Assembly: GCA_951406725.2 (NCBI GenBank)
Contig: OX597829.1
Span: 3,658,001-3,722,000 of the forward strand
DNA length: 64,000 nucleotides
Direction of reading: 5' to 3'
From: Octopus vulgaris
Taxonomy: Eukaryota
Positions within the stretch are counted from its first letter, which is position 1. Each line of letters opens with the position of its first letter. Shown in pieces: positions 23,109 to 37,600 of this stretch. The position numbers were made by a program, and so were the translations under genes. The notes under the pieces were generated by a model. That model saw only the letters and a list, made by a program, of their open reading frames with translations. It ran no database searches and was not told where the DNA came from.

Positions 23109-26081
23109 CACTACCTTCTTCTTCTTGGGTCAACAAAATAAAGGGCCAACATGTGTTGTGTCATTGTAATCGAGTACTCACCGCTCAGTCTAAACTTTCA
23201 TATCTTGTTCCTAATCAAGATACAATTATTATTATCGGCAGAATCGTTAATACACTGGATAAGATGCTTAGCAACATTTCTTCCAGCTCTTTACATTCTG
23301 AGTCCTAATTCCATAGAGATCAACTTTGCCTCTCGTCCTTTTGGGGATCAGTAAAATAAAGTACCTGTCAAGTACTGGATTACTGCAACTGACTTGCTCC
23401 CTCCCCTCACAATTGCTGGCCTTGTGTTGGAATTTGAAACATTTATTCTTATTACTGTGATCAGCATTCCTGCAAAATATGCTTTGACAATTTTAACAGG
23501 ACATCAAACCTTCCGACTGTGAAGAGTATATATTTGGAAAGTATTATTTGTATACACATGTGCTGCATAGAATATACAGGGTCTGGGTGAGTTTAGCTTC
23601 AATATATGATAGTCTTCCAAAGAAATCATCTTCATCATTTACATCATGTTTTCCCTGTTGGCATGGGTTGAATAGTTCAACAGGAAGTGACATGAGCTCC
23701 AATGTCTGTTTTGACATGGTTTTTATAGTTGGATGCTCTTCATAGCACCAACCATTTTACAGAGTATATTGGGTGTTTTTTCATGGCACTAGTACTGGTG
23801 AGGCCACCAAGTAACTAACAAGACAAGAACCCTTAACTGAATGGGCTGTTATATTGAGGTAGATGAAAGTTTGATTCAGGGACAGGAATAAATGTCTTCT
23901 TGAAGAGGTTGTGTATGACTTACCCAGCTGGAAAGGGAGAGAAAGTTGGTGAGGGCTTTCCCTCAAGGTACAAACTGAATATGAGAATAGGGATAAAAGA
24001 ACAGAAAGAGTGTGAAAGGAGAGTGACAGATTTTGACGTGGTGAAAAGGTATGAGAACAGAGTCTTTCCATTTTGGTGGAGTTTCTCTTGAAAAGCAAGA
24101 TGAGACTGGAGAAGTTGGTGCTGTCCACTAACAAATTTATTAAAAGGTGGGTGAGAGTGGCATAAATAGCAAGAGTAGATAAAATGACTGCAAGTATAAG
24201 CCTGTAAGTCAGGGATCAGAAATTAGATGGGACACTTGCTTTTGGTGCGCAGAGAGATCTTGGATTGTGGTATTTCTCAGTTGTCCATAGGAGTCCACTT
24301 GGGCACTCCAAATACAAAAGGGCCTCTACGATCAATGAAACAGGTATCTTCTCATATTAGAAGACACTCATTTTTGCTGCATGGTGAACTGAACCCTAAA
24401 CCAAATGGTTAGGGAGTGAGATTCTTAGTTACCTCTACCCATCTATGTTAATCATCATCATCATCATCATCATTTAGCATCTGTATCTAATGCTGGCATG
24501 GGTTGGGCAGTTCAACAGGGTCAGATGGTTCATGATCCAGTGTCTGCTTCAGCATGTTCTCTATGGCTGGATGTCCTTCCTAATGCTAACCACTTTACTG
24601 AATACTGACTGTTTTTTCCTTAACAGTAGTACCAGTGAAGTTGCCAAGGAACTTGAAAGGCAAGATGCCCCTTATTGAGTGGTAGGGTGTAGAATGAAGA
24701 AAGGTGGCATATGCCAGGTGATGAGAGACAACAATATGACAGATAAGAACAGGAGATACCTAGCTATTCCAACTGGGGAAGGAGTAAAGATGCTGTTGAA
24801 GTATCACAGTCATCCTCATGTATCTTCAAGAGAGTGAGTGGGAAGGGAGATCGGGACAGAAAAGCAGGTGAAGTGGGATGGGGACAGAAGAGCCAGTAAA
24901 ATCACAATGAATGATCATAGCTGGTTAGAGGTTGGAAATATAAGGATATAGATAATGCAGTGGATGATAAAAGAGATGGGACATGGTAATAGATATCAGT
25001 TTGGTGGGAAGGGTGAAGAAAACAGGAATGATATGTGGCAATACAAAACAGAAGGCAGGTAGAGAGAGAGCAACGTTGCAATAAAACTATAAATGAGAAA
25101 TATTCTTATTCTAGCAATTATACTTTGAGAATATCCTCCTTCACTGCTAATGTAGGCCACCTGGGTAACAAAAAGTGTCCACTAACTCTAGAATACATCC
25201 AGCGCAGTTGAGAAAGTCTATTTTCAGCTCTAACCCTACCCAACTTCCACAAATTCTAATCTATCTGTGATTCCTTTGCACCACTTGGGTGTCTATTATT
25301 TGCACTGGGTACATTGTATGGAATTTCTACCTATGCCCTTTCTATGTATTTTTAGGGCCATTTTCTTAAAGGTGCGGGTGTATGCTCCTTACCACATGGT
25401 TTTGGGTTCAGTTCCACTACATGGAACTTTGGGCAAGTGTCTTCTACTAAAGCCTTGGGCTGACTAAAGCCTTGTGAGTGGATTTGGTAGGCGGAAACTG
25501 AAAGGCACCTGTCATGTATATATAATCATCATCTTTTAATGTCCACTTTCCATACTGGTATGGGCTGGACAGTTTGACTGAGGACTGGCAAGACAGGAGG
25601 CTGCATCAGGCTCCAATCTGATCTGGCAAGGTTTCTACAGCTGGACACTCTTCCTAATGCCAACCACTCCAAGAGTGTAAGTCCTGGGGTTGGTTGGTTC
25701 GACTAAAATCCTTCAAGGTAGTGCTCCAGCATGGTTGCAGTCAGATGACTGAAACAAGTAAAAGAATATACTGCCCATTTCCCTGCTTCCAAGAATTTTA
25801 GTCTTTGCTAAGTTAAGGTCCTTTTGATTCTAGGTTGTGCTTCTTTCCTACTTCTACTGCAGTTTCAGCTATGAGATCAAGGTCATCGGTATAGAAGTTT
25901 TCCCACGGGTACTCAGTTTTGAATTCCTCTTTTAGGGCCTGAAGGTCTATGAAGAATAAGAAGAGACTAAGAACTGAACTTTGAACATTCTAGAAATAAT
26001 TACAACACATGCATTGAATGCAACTCGTCTGATTTATTTTCTAATCACTCATGTTAATGTTATTTGTTAATTACTTTTCAG

Positions 26082-26186
26082 CTCGTTGGTGGAGAGTTTG
26101 AAATTGAAACAAATTTTATCATCCAGGATCCTCATAATGTTCTTCACATGTTAGATGTCCTGAAAGTCTGTTCAGCAACACTTCAG
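26082..26186 (+). CDS. NBEA: NBEA exon (105 nt) [35 protein letters not shown]
   Basis: ttttcag acceptor, gtaagt donor, phase 0/0. Confidence 0.93.
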
Positions 26187-29100
26187 GTAAGTAAATTCTT
26201 CATCATTTAATACTCATGTTCTATGTTAGCAGAGGTTGGATAGTTTAACAGGATCTGCATTATGTTCCAGTATTTGCTAAGAATCAGCGACCATCCAAAT
26301 AAGCAACTCCCTTTATTAACTGTGCTGCCTATTAAGCCCTTACCTGTTTAAGACGGCACCGATTAAAAACAATTCCGTTGCCTTGCTGCAATACCCACTT
26401 AAGGGAAAGGCTTCAGGAGTAACCCTTAAGGATTAATCTGAAGCTGGAGTCCATAAGGCAGTTCACTGCAGTAGACAACCTCATTCTGGCAGCTCCTGTG
26501 GCCCCACTGGTGATAAGTCATATTGACCTCCGTCCCTTCGCTTGGATAACACTGGTGGTGGTGGAGAGGGGAGAGGGAGATGTACTGCATGGGCAACTGC
26601 TGATCTCCCATGAAAATCTGCCTGGCCTGCACCCTGAAGAGGATACTTTAGCGCCATGGCAGCAAAATACAGGTGCTTTTTACATGACACCAGCATTAGT
26701 GGAGCCACCAAGTAACTCACGAGACAAAACCCTTTAACTGTGTGGAAATGCAGTATTGAAGGAAGTGGTATTGTGCCAGGTGTTGAGAATCTAAAGTATG
26801 GTAGAAGGACAGGAACAGGTTCCAGCTCAGGAGGAGATATATGGATTCCCCAGCTGGAAAGGGAGAGAAAGACTAATGCCATACCTTCAAGGTATAAGGC
26901 AGCGAGCTGGCAGAAATGTTAGCACACCGGGAGAAATGCTTAGCGGTATTTCGTCTGCCATTACGTTCTGAGTTCAAATTCCGCTGAGGTCGACTTTGCC
27001 TTTCATCCTTTCGGGGTCGATAAATTAAGTACCAGTTAAGCACTGGATTTGATGTAATCGACTTAATCCGTTTGTCTGTCCTTGTTTGTCCTCATTGTGT
27101 TTAGTCCCTTGAGGGTAGTAAAGAAATAGGTATAAGGTGAATGTAAAAGAGAGAAGAGGGAAGAATGGTGTGGCATTTGAGCTGATGTTCATACTTCTGT
27201 CAAGAAATCTTCTGTTCATGTTGTACCTTTATAGCCCTTTGGAATAAGAGATCACTTATTTAAAAAAACAGGTGAGTGTTAGTGTCAGGAAAGTCATCAA
27301 TAACATATTTATCTAACCCAGAGGTTGGCAAAGTGCTCAATATTGATGCTTGGGTGTCTTTGAGGCTACCCAAGGTGTTGATAAACATCTGAAACACTTC
27401 TGAGCATAAATGGTGCAGAATTGTTAATATTCTATTTTCTTAACATGAATAAAATTCATTTTAATGAGTTCATGAAATATACTATTAAAAAGCAATAATG
27501 ATACGAAACAACAAAGGAATTACAGCTTTTAAATCAAGAAATTTTATGTTGTTTCATCATCATTTTCATCATCTCTTAACAACCCCGTTTCCATGTCTGC
27601 ATGGGTCAGATGGAATTTGTTGAGGCAGATTTTCTGTGTCTGGATGCCTTTCCTGTCATCAATCCTCACCTGTTTCCAAGCAAGGTAATATTTCCTCATA
27701 GCCAGACATGTTTTTCATGGAAGACTGGGAACATTGCTTGTGTGATGGTGGTGCTCATTTACTACCATGATGCTGAGACAAGGGCACACTCACACGTATG
27801 TGTATATGACAGGCTTCATTCAGTTTCCATGTACCAAAACCACTCCTGAGTCTTTGATCAGCTCAGGGCTCTGATAAAAGACACTTGACCAAGGTGCTAT
27901 GCAGTGGAAGCAAATTTCTTCACCACAAAACCACACCTGTTCCTATCGAAATGCACATACCTGTACATATTAAAAATAATAACGTTTTCATTTTCATCTT
28001 TTCAGGCGGAGATTTGGAGTGTATTTACAGCCATTTTGAAGAAAAGTCGACGAAATTTGAATGCCTGTACTGAAGTGAAACTCATTGAACATGTTTTATG
28101 TATGCTGGAAGAAGCAGACGACATCGTTGCTGGTTTGTAATTCTTCTGTATATATTTATTTATGTGACTAGGTGCAGGTGTGGCTGCAAGTGTCATCTGC
28201 TATAGCTCCAGATTGACCAAAGACGTGTGTGCATTTGGGAGATGGAGACTTAAAGAAGCCCATTGTGTGTGTATGTATATATATAGGCTCAGGAGTGGCT
28301 GTGTGGTAAGTAGCTTGCTTATGAACCACATGGCTCCAGGTTCAGTCCCACTGCGTGGCACCTTGGGTAAGTGTCTTCTACTATAGCCTCGGGCCGACCA
28401 AAGCCTTGTGAGTAGATTTGGTAGATGGAAACTGAAAGAAGCCCGTCGTATATATGTATATATATATATATGTGTATGTGCGTGTTTGTGTGTCTGTGTT
28501 TTACCCCCAACATCGCTTGACAACCAATGCTGGTGTGTTTGCGTCCCTGTAACTTAGCGGTTCGGCAAAAAGAGACCGATAGAATAAGTACTGGGCTTAC
28601 AAAGAATAAGTCCTGGGGTCGACTTGATCAACTAAAGGCGGTGCTCCAGCATGGCCACAGTCACATGACTGAAACAAGTAAAAGAGTAAAAAAGAGTAAA
28701 AGAGTATCTCTCTCTATATAAACGGCAGTTTGTCTGTGCGTGTTTCTGTGTGTCTGTTTGCTTGTACCCTCACCCTGACCACGGCTTTCAACCGATTCTG
28801 ATGAAACTTGACACACACATAGCCCAATGTCATAATTCAAAACTAACGCAGTGAAAATTTTGAAAAGTTCCCCCAGTTCTGAAAAAAATCGATAAATTCG
28901 ACATGGGGTCGAGAATCAGAAACACGAACCACAAACTGTCTAGGGGACGCAACTCCACCTTTTTTAAATCTCAAAAAAAATTACCATCATTTTTTTCCAT
29001 TTTTTTGCTATTTTTCGGCTATAACTCTCTAAAAATGCTTTATAGTTATTTCCCTTACAAACCTGAGCAACGCCGGGCGATACTGCTAGTATAATATAAA

Positions 29101-30578
29101 TGTAGGTAAAGTTCCTTTCTCAAGTCATGCCATCTCATAAGAGCCAGTTTCATGGCGTATACATTCCCCACCTGGATAGGATGTCGGTCTGTCGCAGGAT
29201 TACTTGCTTTTGCTGGCTGGGTTTATTGGTGTAACGTGAAGTGAAGTGTTTTGCTCAGGAACGCAATGCATTGCTTGGCCTAGTAATTGAAACCACAATC
29301 TTACGATCATGAATCCAACACCTTAACCAGTAAGCCATGTACCTCCACTATAAATTCAAGTGTGACTGCGTGATTAAGTAGCTTCCTTCCCAGTAACATG
29401 GTTATGGGTTCAGTCCCACTGCATAGCTCGGAACTGATTGGTCAAAGCCTGGTGAATCAATTTGTCTGATAAAAACTGAAAGAAACCTCTTGCACGTACA
29501 CACACATATGTTCGTGTGTTTGTATCTCCTCATTTTGACATGAGGTGATGGTTATAAATGTTTGTGACCATCGTACCAGCAGTGTCATTTGTTTCCAGTC
29601 TTCCATGAAAAATATGTCCATTCATGGGGAAAAATTGACTTACTTGGAAATAGGTGAGGGTTGAAGATAGGAAGGGCATCAGACCATAGAAAATACATCT
29701 CAATAAACTCCTTCCAATTAATATCTTGTAAGTGAATTTAATTGTTAGAATCTGTAGGAAGTCTGACATACATGTTTGTTGTCGTTGTCGTCATCGTCAT
29801 TGTTCAATTTCTGTTTTCCATGCTGGTATGGGTTGAGTGAGTCAACAGGAATCGATGAACCACATGTCTACATTGAGCTCCAATGCCTGCTTTCTACAAC
29901 TAGTTACCCTTCCTAAAGCCAACCATTTCATAGAGTGTACTGATTGCTTTTTTTTTTTTTACATGATACCAGTATTAGTGAGGCCACCAAATAACTCCCA
30001 AGATGAAACCCTTCATCTGTATAGAGGTGTAGTTTTGAAGGAGATGGCTTTAGGCTAGGTATTGAGAGACTAAAGCATAAGACAGGGACAGCAAGAAGTG
30101 TCTTATTGTAGAAGGAGATTCCAGGCTTCCCCAGCTGGAAAGAGAGAAAGAATTAGGGAGAGCACACTTTCAAGGAATACAGTAAATATAAATGAGAGTA
30201 TATGGATAGAAGAGCAGAAAGAGTGGTTGGGTGGGTAAGTTTGTGAGTGTGTGTGAAGTGTGTGACAATAATTAGAGACAGGGATTGAGGTGGGCACATT
30301 GAATGGAGCACACAGGTTTGGGCATGGTCCAATGGTGAATATCATTGATTGTGTGTATATGTGTATATATGTATATAGCATGTGTGTATATGTATTTAGT
30401 GTGTGTGTGTGTATATGTATATAGGTACAGGAGTGGTTGTGTGATAAGAAGTTTATTTCCCAAACACATGGTTCCAGGTTCAGTCCCACTGTGTAGCACC
30501 TTTGGCAAGTGTCTTCTACTATAACCTTGGGCCGACCAAAGTCTTGTGAGTAATTTGGTACGGAAACTGAAAGAAGCC

Positions 30579-30617
<39 letters not shown>

Positions 30618-31591
30618 TGTGTTTGTCCCTCCACCATCGCTTGACAATTGTTGTTGGTATGTTTACATCCCCGTAACTTAGCGGTTCAGCAAAAGAGACC
30701 GATAAAATAAGTACTAGGCTTACAGAGAATAAGTTCTAGGGTCGATTTGCATGACTAAAGGCAGTGCTCCAGCATGGCCATAGTCAAATGATTGAACAAG
30801 TAAAAGAATTAAAAGAATAAAAGAATAGTATGTGTGTGTATATATGTATGTATATAATGTGTGTATATATCATCATCATCTTCATTTAATGTCCGTCTTC
30901 AATGCTGGCTTCGGTTGGACAGTTGGACTGAAAACTGGTAAGCTGGGGAGTTGCATCAGGTTCTAACCTGACTTGGCATGGTTTCTATGGCTGGATGCAC
31001 TTCCTAACGCCAACCACTCCAAAAGTGAGTGCTTTTTATGATTGCCAGTTATGCAGCACTGGCATCAGCCGTGAGTATATGATGTCACTTGGCTTGACAG
31101 GTCTTCTGAAACATGGCATATTGCCACAAGTCTCAGTCTTTTGATATTTGCCTCCACATGGCCCAGCGTACGATCATGCTTCACCTCCTTGTCCCATGCC
31201 TTCCTAGGTCTAACTCTTCCATAGTTTCCATCCACTGTTAGAGTTTGGCACTTCTTCACACAGCTGTCCTTGTCCATACACACCACATGACCATACCAGC
31301 ATAGACGTCTCTCTTGCACGCCACATCTGATGCCCAGCTTTTCTCTAAAGATGCTTACACTCTGTCATGTATGCACACTGACATTACACATCCAGCAAAG
31401 CATACCAACTTCATTTCTTTCAAGCCTGCACATGACCTCAGCGTTCACAGCCCATGTTTCACTGCTGTCTAGCATGGCTGTTCATACACAGGCATCATAC
31501 AATCTACCTTTCGCTCTGTGGGAGAGACCTTTGTTACCAACAGAGGTAGGAGCTCTCTAAACTTGTTCTAGCAGCCAAGTTCTCAGAGAAT

Positions 31592-31631
<40 letters not shown>

Positions 31632-34600
31632 TTCATCATCGTCATCGTCATCATCAAGAAACCTGTTCTGATCTGGCCTATTCTTTCATACTTTTCCCTG
31701 TTTTTTAACCCTTGTCTCCCTGCATAAAGTTGCCCCCTCAGGGTTCACAGTCTTGCAAATGTATGGCAACCTCACTACTACTTGTGTGCCAAGTACATAC
31801 CATAAAAGACTTGCATTAGGAAGGCCATCCAGGTGTAGATACCATGACAAAATACCCAGTGGAGCACAGTGATATCTTTTTTAGGCCCACTTGATTCTGT
31901 CAGATTGTCCAAACCATTCTGACATGGAAAATGAACATTAAATAATGATGATGAGAGAGAGCTAGAGTTTTTGTTGATAGATAGTGTTGAGGTCAGTGGA
32001 ATCAGCTATTTGTGAGTGTGTGTATGCATGTGTGCACACATGGTAGGCTTATAGCTCCTGTTCTTATTTTTATCAAAGATTATAAATAGTTAAAACAAAA
32101 AAAATCATTTTTTAAAAATTTCTATTTGCAGACCTCTTGGTTGAAATGCTTGGTGTATTGGCAAGTTACAGTATCACAGTTAAAGAATTGCGAATGCTTT
32201 TCTCATTATTAAAAGCAAGAAATAATGAATGGGTAAGTTCTTTGAAAATATTTATTTCTACTGAAGGCAAATGGTCAGCAATTTTAAGGGAGGGGCTAAT
32301 TGAATTCTTTGACCTCCAGTGCTCAACTCGTACTTATTTCATCGACCCCGAATAATGAAAGGCAAAGTTGACATCAGAATGTAAAGACAGACAAAATGCT
32401 GCTCAGAATTTTGCTTGGCATGCTAATGATTCTGCTAGTTCCCTGCCTCAAGTTCTTTGAAAATATTACCAAGTTCCATTGATTCAATGACTCATTCATA
32501 GCCACAAGAATGGCTGTAGAACCTCATTTTGCAACTATGTGGTGGTTTTGAATTGAGGATGACTGCATGGCACCTTGGTCTTCTACCGTAACCCTGGACC
32601 AATCAAAGTCTTGTGAATGGATTTCGTTGATGAAATCTGTGTGGAAGCCTGATGTGCATTTGTGTTTGTTGCCCTGACCAACTAATGCATGACAACCAGT
32701 CTTGGTCTGTTTATGTCCTCATAGCTAAGTGGTTTGCCAAAATAGACCAATAGAATAGGTATTAGACTTTTTTATTTAATGTACTTGGGTTTATTTGTTT
32801 AATTAAGGGCTCTTCTAGGTAGTGCTCCAGCATGGCTGCAGTCTAATGACTAAAATAAGAAGGCAATAAAATTACCCTGTTGCTCTTGGTTATGATGGAG
32901 GTTGATGATAATATAATATTTTGTAATAACTATAATGTCATGCAACCGTATTTTATTGAATTAAATGCCTTTAAATATTTGTTTTATAGCCAAGAAACTC
33001 AGTCAAATTGTTGTCTGTGCTCAGGCAAATGCCACAGAGACACGGCCCAGATGAATTCTTCAGTTTCCCGGGTAAAAAAGGATCGGTAAGTTGTTTTAGC
33101 TTTATGTAGCCTTTGAGTATCTTTTTTGCTGCGACCATCCTGATTTATTAATTATCCCTAATACTTCCTCAAAAGATATAACACTGCACCTAAGACTGAG
33201 GTTAGTAAATTGTTATATTACGTCAGTTGTCCTGAATGTGGAAGAAATTTGAACATGATGCACAACTGTGGTTATAAAGATAGAAGCCTTTAAGATGTGG
33301 ATGTTTCACAGATTGAGTAGAATAAACCGAAAATCCAAAGATACCTATTGCTGAGAATCAAATTCACAAACCTGTCATATTTTAGACATACAACGCAGCA
33401 CTGTGAGTCACTACCTAAGACCATCCTGACAGAAAATGTGGAAAGTGAGAGGTTATGGAAGATATTTGTGTAGTGATGGCATCAAAGAATGGACTGGAAA
33501 TAGGAACCTGGTTGTTTGTATGAATGCAGCACAATACAGAGGGAACTTAACACCTGACACAGGAAGGGCACCTGTTGATTTTTATGTGAAGCTACTATAT
33601 AGGTTTTCAGTAATTTTTTTTTTGCTTAATTTCACACATCAAATCATAGTCACAGGTATGACTGTGTTGTTAAGAAGTGTGCTTGTCAGCTGCATAGTTT
33701 TGGGTTCAGTCCCACTGCATGGTACCTTGTGCAAATGTTTACTATAGTCATACTCCAACCAAAACCTTGTGAAACACTTCATCATCCACTTATTCAGGCT
33801 TGCAGAGTCAAACAGAGTTTATTGAGGAAGGTTTTCTTTGGCCAGATGCCCTTCCCCAGATGCCTAGCCTCACTTCTTTCCAAGCAACGTAATATTGTCC
33901 CCTTGACTAGACATGTTTTATGGAACAGTGGTTGCATAATGGTGACTGTAATTTAAAACTGTGATGGAATTTGAAGACAATGAGACACAAACATACACAC
34001 ACTCGCACATATATGCATGTACACAAACACACACACACAGCCATGCTTATGCCCATTGCATAGCTGCATCTATTGCTATGCATGCATCCATCAGCACCTG
34101 TGATATTAGCCATTCCATTGCCTGTTGTCACACCTACACCCATAGCCCCGCCTAAGCCTGTTTATGTCTATACCCACTCATAGCTACACCTGTGCCTGTC
34201 GGTACAGTGCCCATGGCCTTGTCTACACTCATTTACAAATAGAAATAATGATTATATAGTTGTACATAATATTTATATACCTTTCTTTTTCTTGCAGTAT
34301 ATCGCATTGCCTCCAATACGATCATGGCCTTATCAAAATGGTTGGGCTTTTTCATGCTGGCTTCGGTTAGATCCTGTGACTGGTGTCACTGTTGAAAAAG
34401 AGAAACCTTATCTCTATTGGTAAGTCCTACATATCATCATCATCATCATCGTTGCTGTTGTGACATCTGCTTGTGATGCATTCATGGCTGTGTGGTTAAA
34501 TAGTTTATTTCCCAGTCTTGTGGCTTTGAGTTCCATCACTCTATATGGTACTTCAGGCAAGTGACTTTATACTCTAGTCCCAGGCAAACAAAAACCTTGT

Positions 34601-37600
34601 GAGTGGATTTGGTAGATGGCAACTGAAAGAAGCCGTTGCAGAAGACACTTGCCTAAGGTGCCATGAAGTGGGACTGAGCCCAAAGGTATGTGGTTGGCCA
34701 ACATACTTCTTAACCACACAGCTACACCTCATCATCATCATCATCGTTTAACATACATTTTCTATACTGGTGTAGGTTGGATGGTTTGATGAGAGCCGGT
34801 CATTGATGGGAGCTGTTCAGACTCTGATTGTCTGTTTTGGCATGGTTTCTATGTTTGAGTGTCCTTCCTAATGCCATCCACTTTACAGAGTGTGGTGGGT
34901 GCTTTTTATGTGCCACCAGCACAAGTGTGGTTACACAGCACTGGCATGAGTACACTTTAAGTTGCACCAGCACAAGTGCGTTTTAGGTAGCACCAGTATG
35001 AGGGCATACTACGTGGTACTGGCATGAGTGCATGTTATGTGGTACTGGTACAAGTGCATTCTATGTAAAGGACAAGCCTGTATGTATGGATGACCCTGGT
35101 TTTACTTAGCTTGACACATTGTCTTCTCAGCTACAGCAAATTTCCACAACTCCTGGTCCCTTGTCATTTCCTCAGTATGTGTATATATTTTATATAACAT
35201 GGAATTTGTATCTTTGTGGTACCAGTGCCGGTGGCACGTGGCACACAGGAAAACCATCCGAACGTGGTCGTAGCCAGTACCGCATCGACTGGCCTCCGTG
35301 CTGTGGGCACGTAACAAACACCATCCGATCGTGGCCGTTTGCCAGCCTCATCTGGCACCTGTGTCGGTGGCACATAAAAACACCATCCGAGCATGGCCGT
35401 CTGCCAGCCTCGTCTGGCACCTGTGTCGGTGGTACATAAAAAACACCATCCGAGCGTGGCCGTTTGCCAGCCTCGTCTGGCACCTGTGTCGGTGGCACAT
35501 AAAATCACCCACTACACTCTCGGAGTGGTTGGCGTTAGGAAGGGCATCCAGCTGTAGAAACACTGCCAGATCTGACTGGACTGGTGCAGCTTTCGGGCTC
35601 CCCAGACCCCAGTTGAACCGTCCAACCCATGCTAGCATGGAAAGCGGACGTTAAATGATGATGATGATGATATATGTATATATATATATATATAATGTCC
35701 AACTGGCTCTGTGCCGGTGGCACGTAAAAGGGCACCATTTGAGTGTGATCGTTACCAACGTTGCCTTACTGGCACCTGTGCCGGTGGCATGTGTAAAAAG
35801 ATTCAAGAGAGGTCATTGCCAGTACTGCCTGACTGGCCCCTGTGCCAGTAGCATGTAAAAAGTACCCACGACACTCTTGGAGTGGTTGGCGTTAGGAAGG
35901 GCATCCAGCTGTAGAAACCCTGCCAGATCAAGATTGCAGCCTGGTGTGGCCGTCTGGTTCGCCAGACCTCAGTCAAAATCGTCCAACCCATGCTAGCATG
36001 GAAAGCGGACGTTAAACGATGATGATGATGATGATGTCGTTGTTAAAGCGACAGTGGTGATAATGAATAAATATAGAACTTGAAAGTTGATTTTTCTCTT
36101 TTTCAGTTTCCGAACAAGTAAAGGTGTCGGCTACTCTGCACACTTCCTGGGAAGTTCCCTTGTAATAACCTCAATGAAACTTAAAGGCAAAGGTTTCCAG
36201 CATTGTGTAAAATATGAATTTGCACCCAGAAAGGTAAAGCAGCTGTTTGGTTTTTGCTTTTTTTTTTTTTTTTTTTTTTTTTACTTCATTTTGGTGTCTG
36301 GTTTGCAAGATTCCTTATTTGTATTGAAACAAATTTTGTTGTGTCTAATGAGGAGAGGTGGGGATTGGGTGACTTAATAAGGGAATTTTGATGGTTAGGT
36401 TTAAGGGAGTGAGAGAGAAAGAGAGAGTAAAAGATATATATACATACATTATATATATATAAAGAGAGAGAAAGAGAGAGTGGTGGGATCTATATATGTA
36501 GAGGAAGAGAGAACATACTTAGAAGGGTTAGAGGTAAAAAGAAAGGGAAATGAGGAGGAAAGGATTTAAGTTTGAAACAGAAGAGGAATTGTTGATAAAT
36601 AATATCAGAAAAGAATATGGTTTGCGAATAAGAGAAGGGATAAGAAAAAGAAGGATTAAAGAGAAGGAGAGAGGAAGACAGAGACAAAAAGAGAAATTGA
36701 AAGAAGAGGGAGACATAGTTTAGTACATATTCCAACAACTTCTTTTGCTGAACTGCTAAGTTTCAAATTTTGACACAAGGCTAGGTGGTATTGGAGGCAG
36801 GAATTTAGTTGATTTCATCAACCCTATTGCTCTTCTAGTACTAGTATATATTATTGGCCCTCTTAAAGGATGAAAAGCAAAGTTGACATTGGAGAACCAA
36901 CTTTGCTTTCCATTCTTTCTGGGTCAGTTACTGCTGCTGCTAATAATAATAATTATAATAATAATGATAATAACACTGTGAATTACACTGTGAATTTGCA
37001 TGTGTAATCTGAGAATGCATACAATGAGCTTCTCTGCCCTAGGTGTATGGAAAACACTCAGCGTGAAACAAGAAAATTTGAAGAAAGAAGGAAAAAACAT
37101 AATAATAATAATGATGATGATGATAATAAAGTAATAATTTTTTTGTTTTTGTTTTCAGTGGTACATGGTAACAGTGTGCCATGTATATTATCGATGGAGT
37201 CGCTCTGAGTTGCGGTGCTATGTGGATGGAGAACTTGTATCATTCACAGATATGTCTTGGTTAGTTAGCACCAATGATGTAAGTATTGCCTTTATATTTT
37301 CTTTAATATGCATTTCCTCATATTTTCAACCCCCTAAATATTAAAGATGTATATTATATACAAGAACTAAATGCTACCACATTTCTTCCTCATCTTTGAC
37401 TCCCCTCACCCCATACTCTCTTGCAACCTCCACCCATCCATACTTTTGGTTGATCTGTCCCTTCTAGCCACCTCATACTGTGACACCTCATCACCTCTGT
37501 TTTTATCTCTTTCCAATTCCACCTGCACCCCTACCCTTTTTTCTAAATGTGGGTAGTCAGGTAGGCTAACCACAGCTCTTGTCTCCTTCTCTCATACATT

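Noticed and set aside
22555-23308. 204-240 aa ORFs (S/F/L-rich, or E/R/K-rich on minus)
   Set aside because: Stop-free by-product of the polypyrimidine minisatellite
1-26081. Search for the upstream NBEA exon or a nested gene
   Set aside because: No sequence resembling the expected preceding residues and no convincing non-TE exon found by eye; a short exon could have been missed
35225-35510. Regular repeat array superficially like CRISPR
   Set aside because: Units are whole tandem copies without unique spacers, no cas genes, eukaryotic intron; part of a LINE 3' UTR repeat
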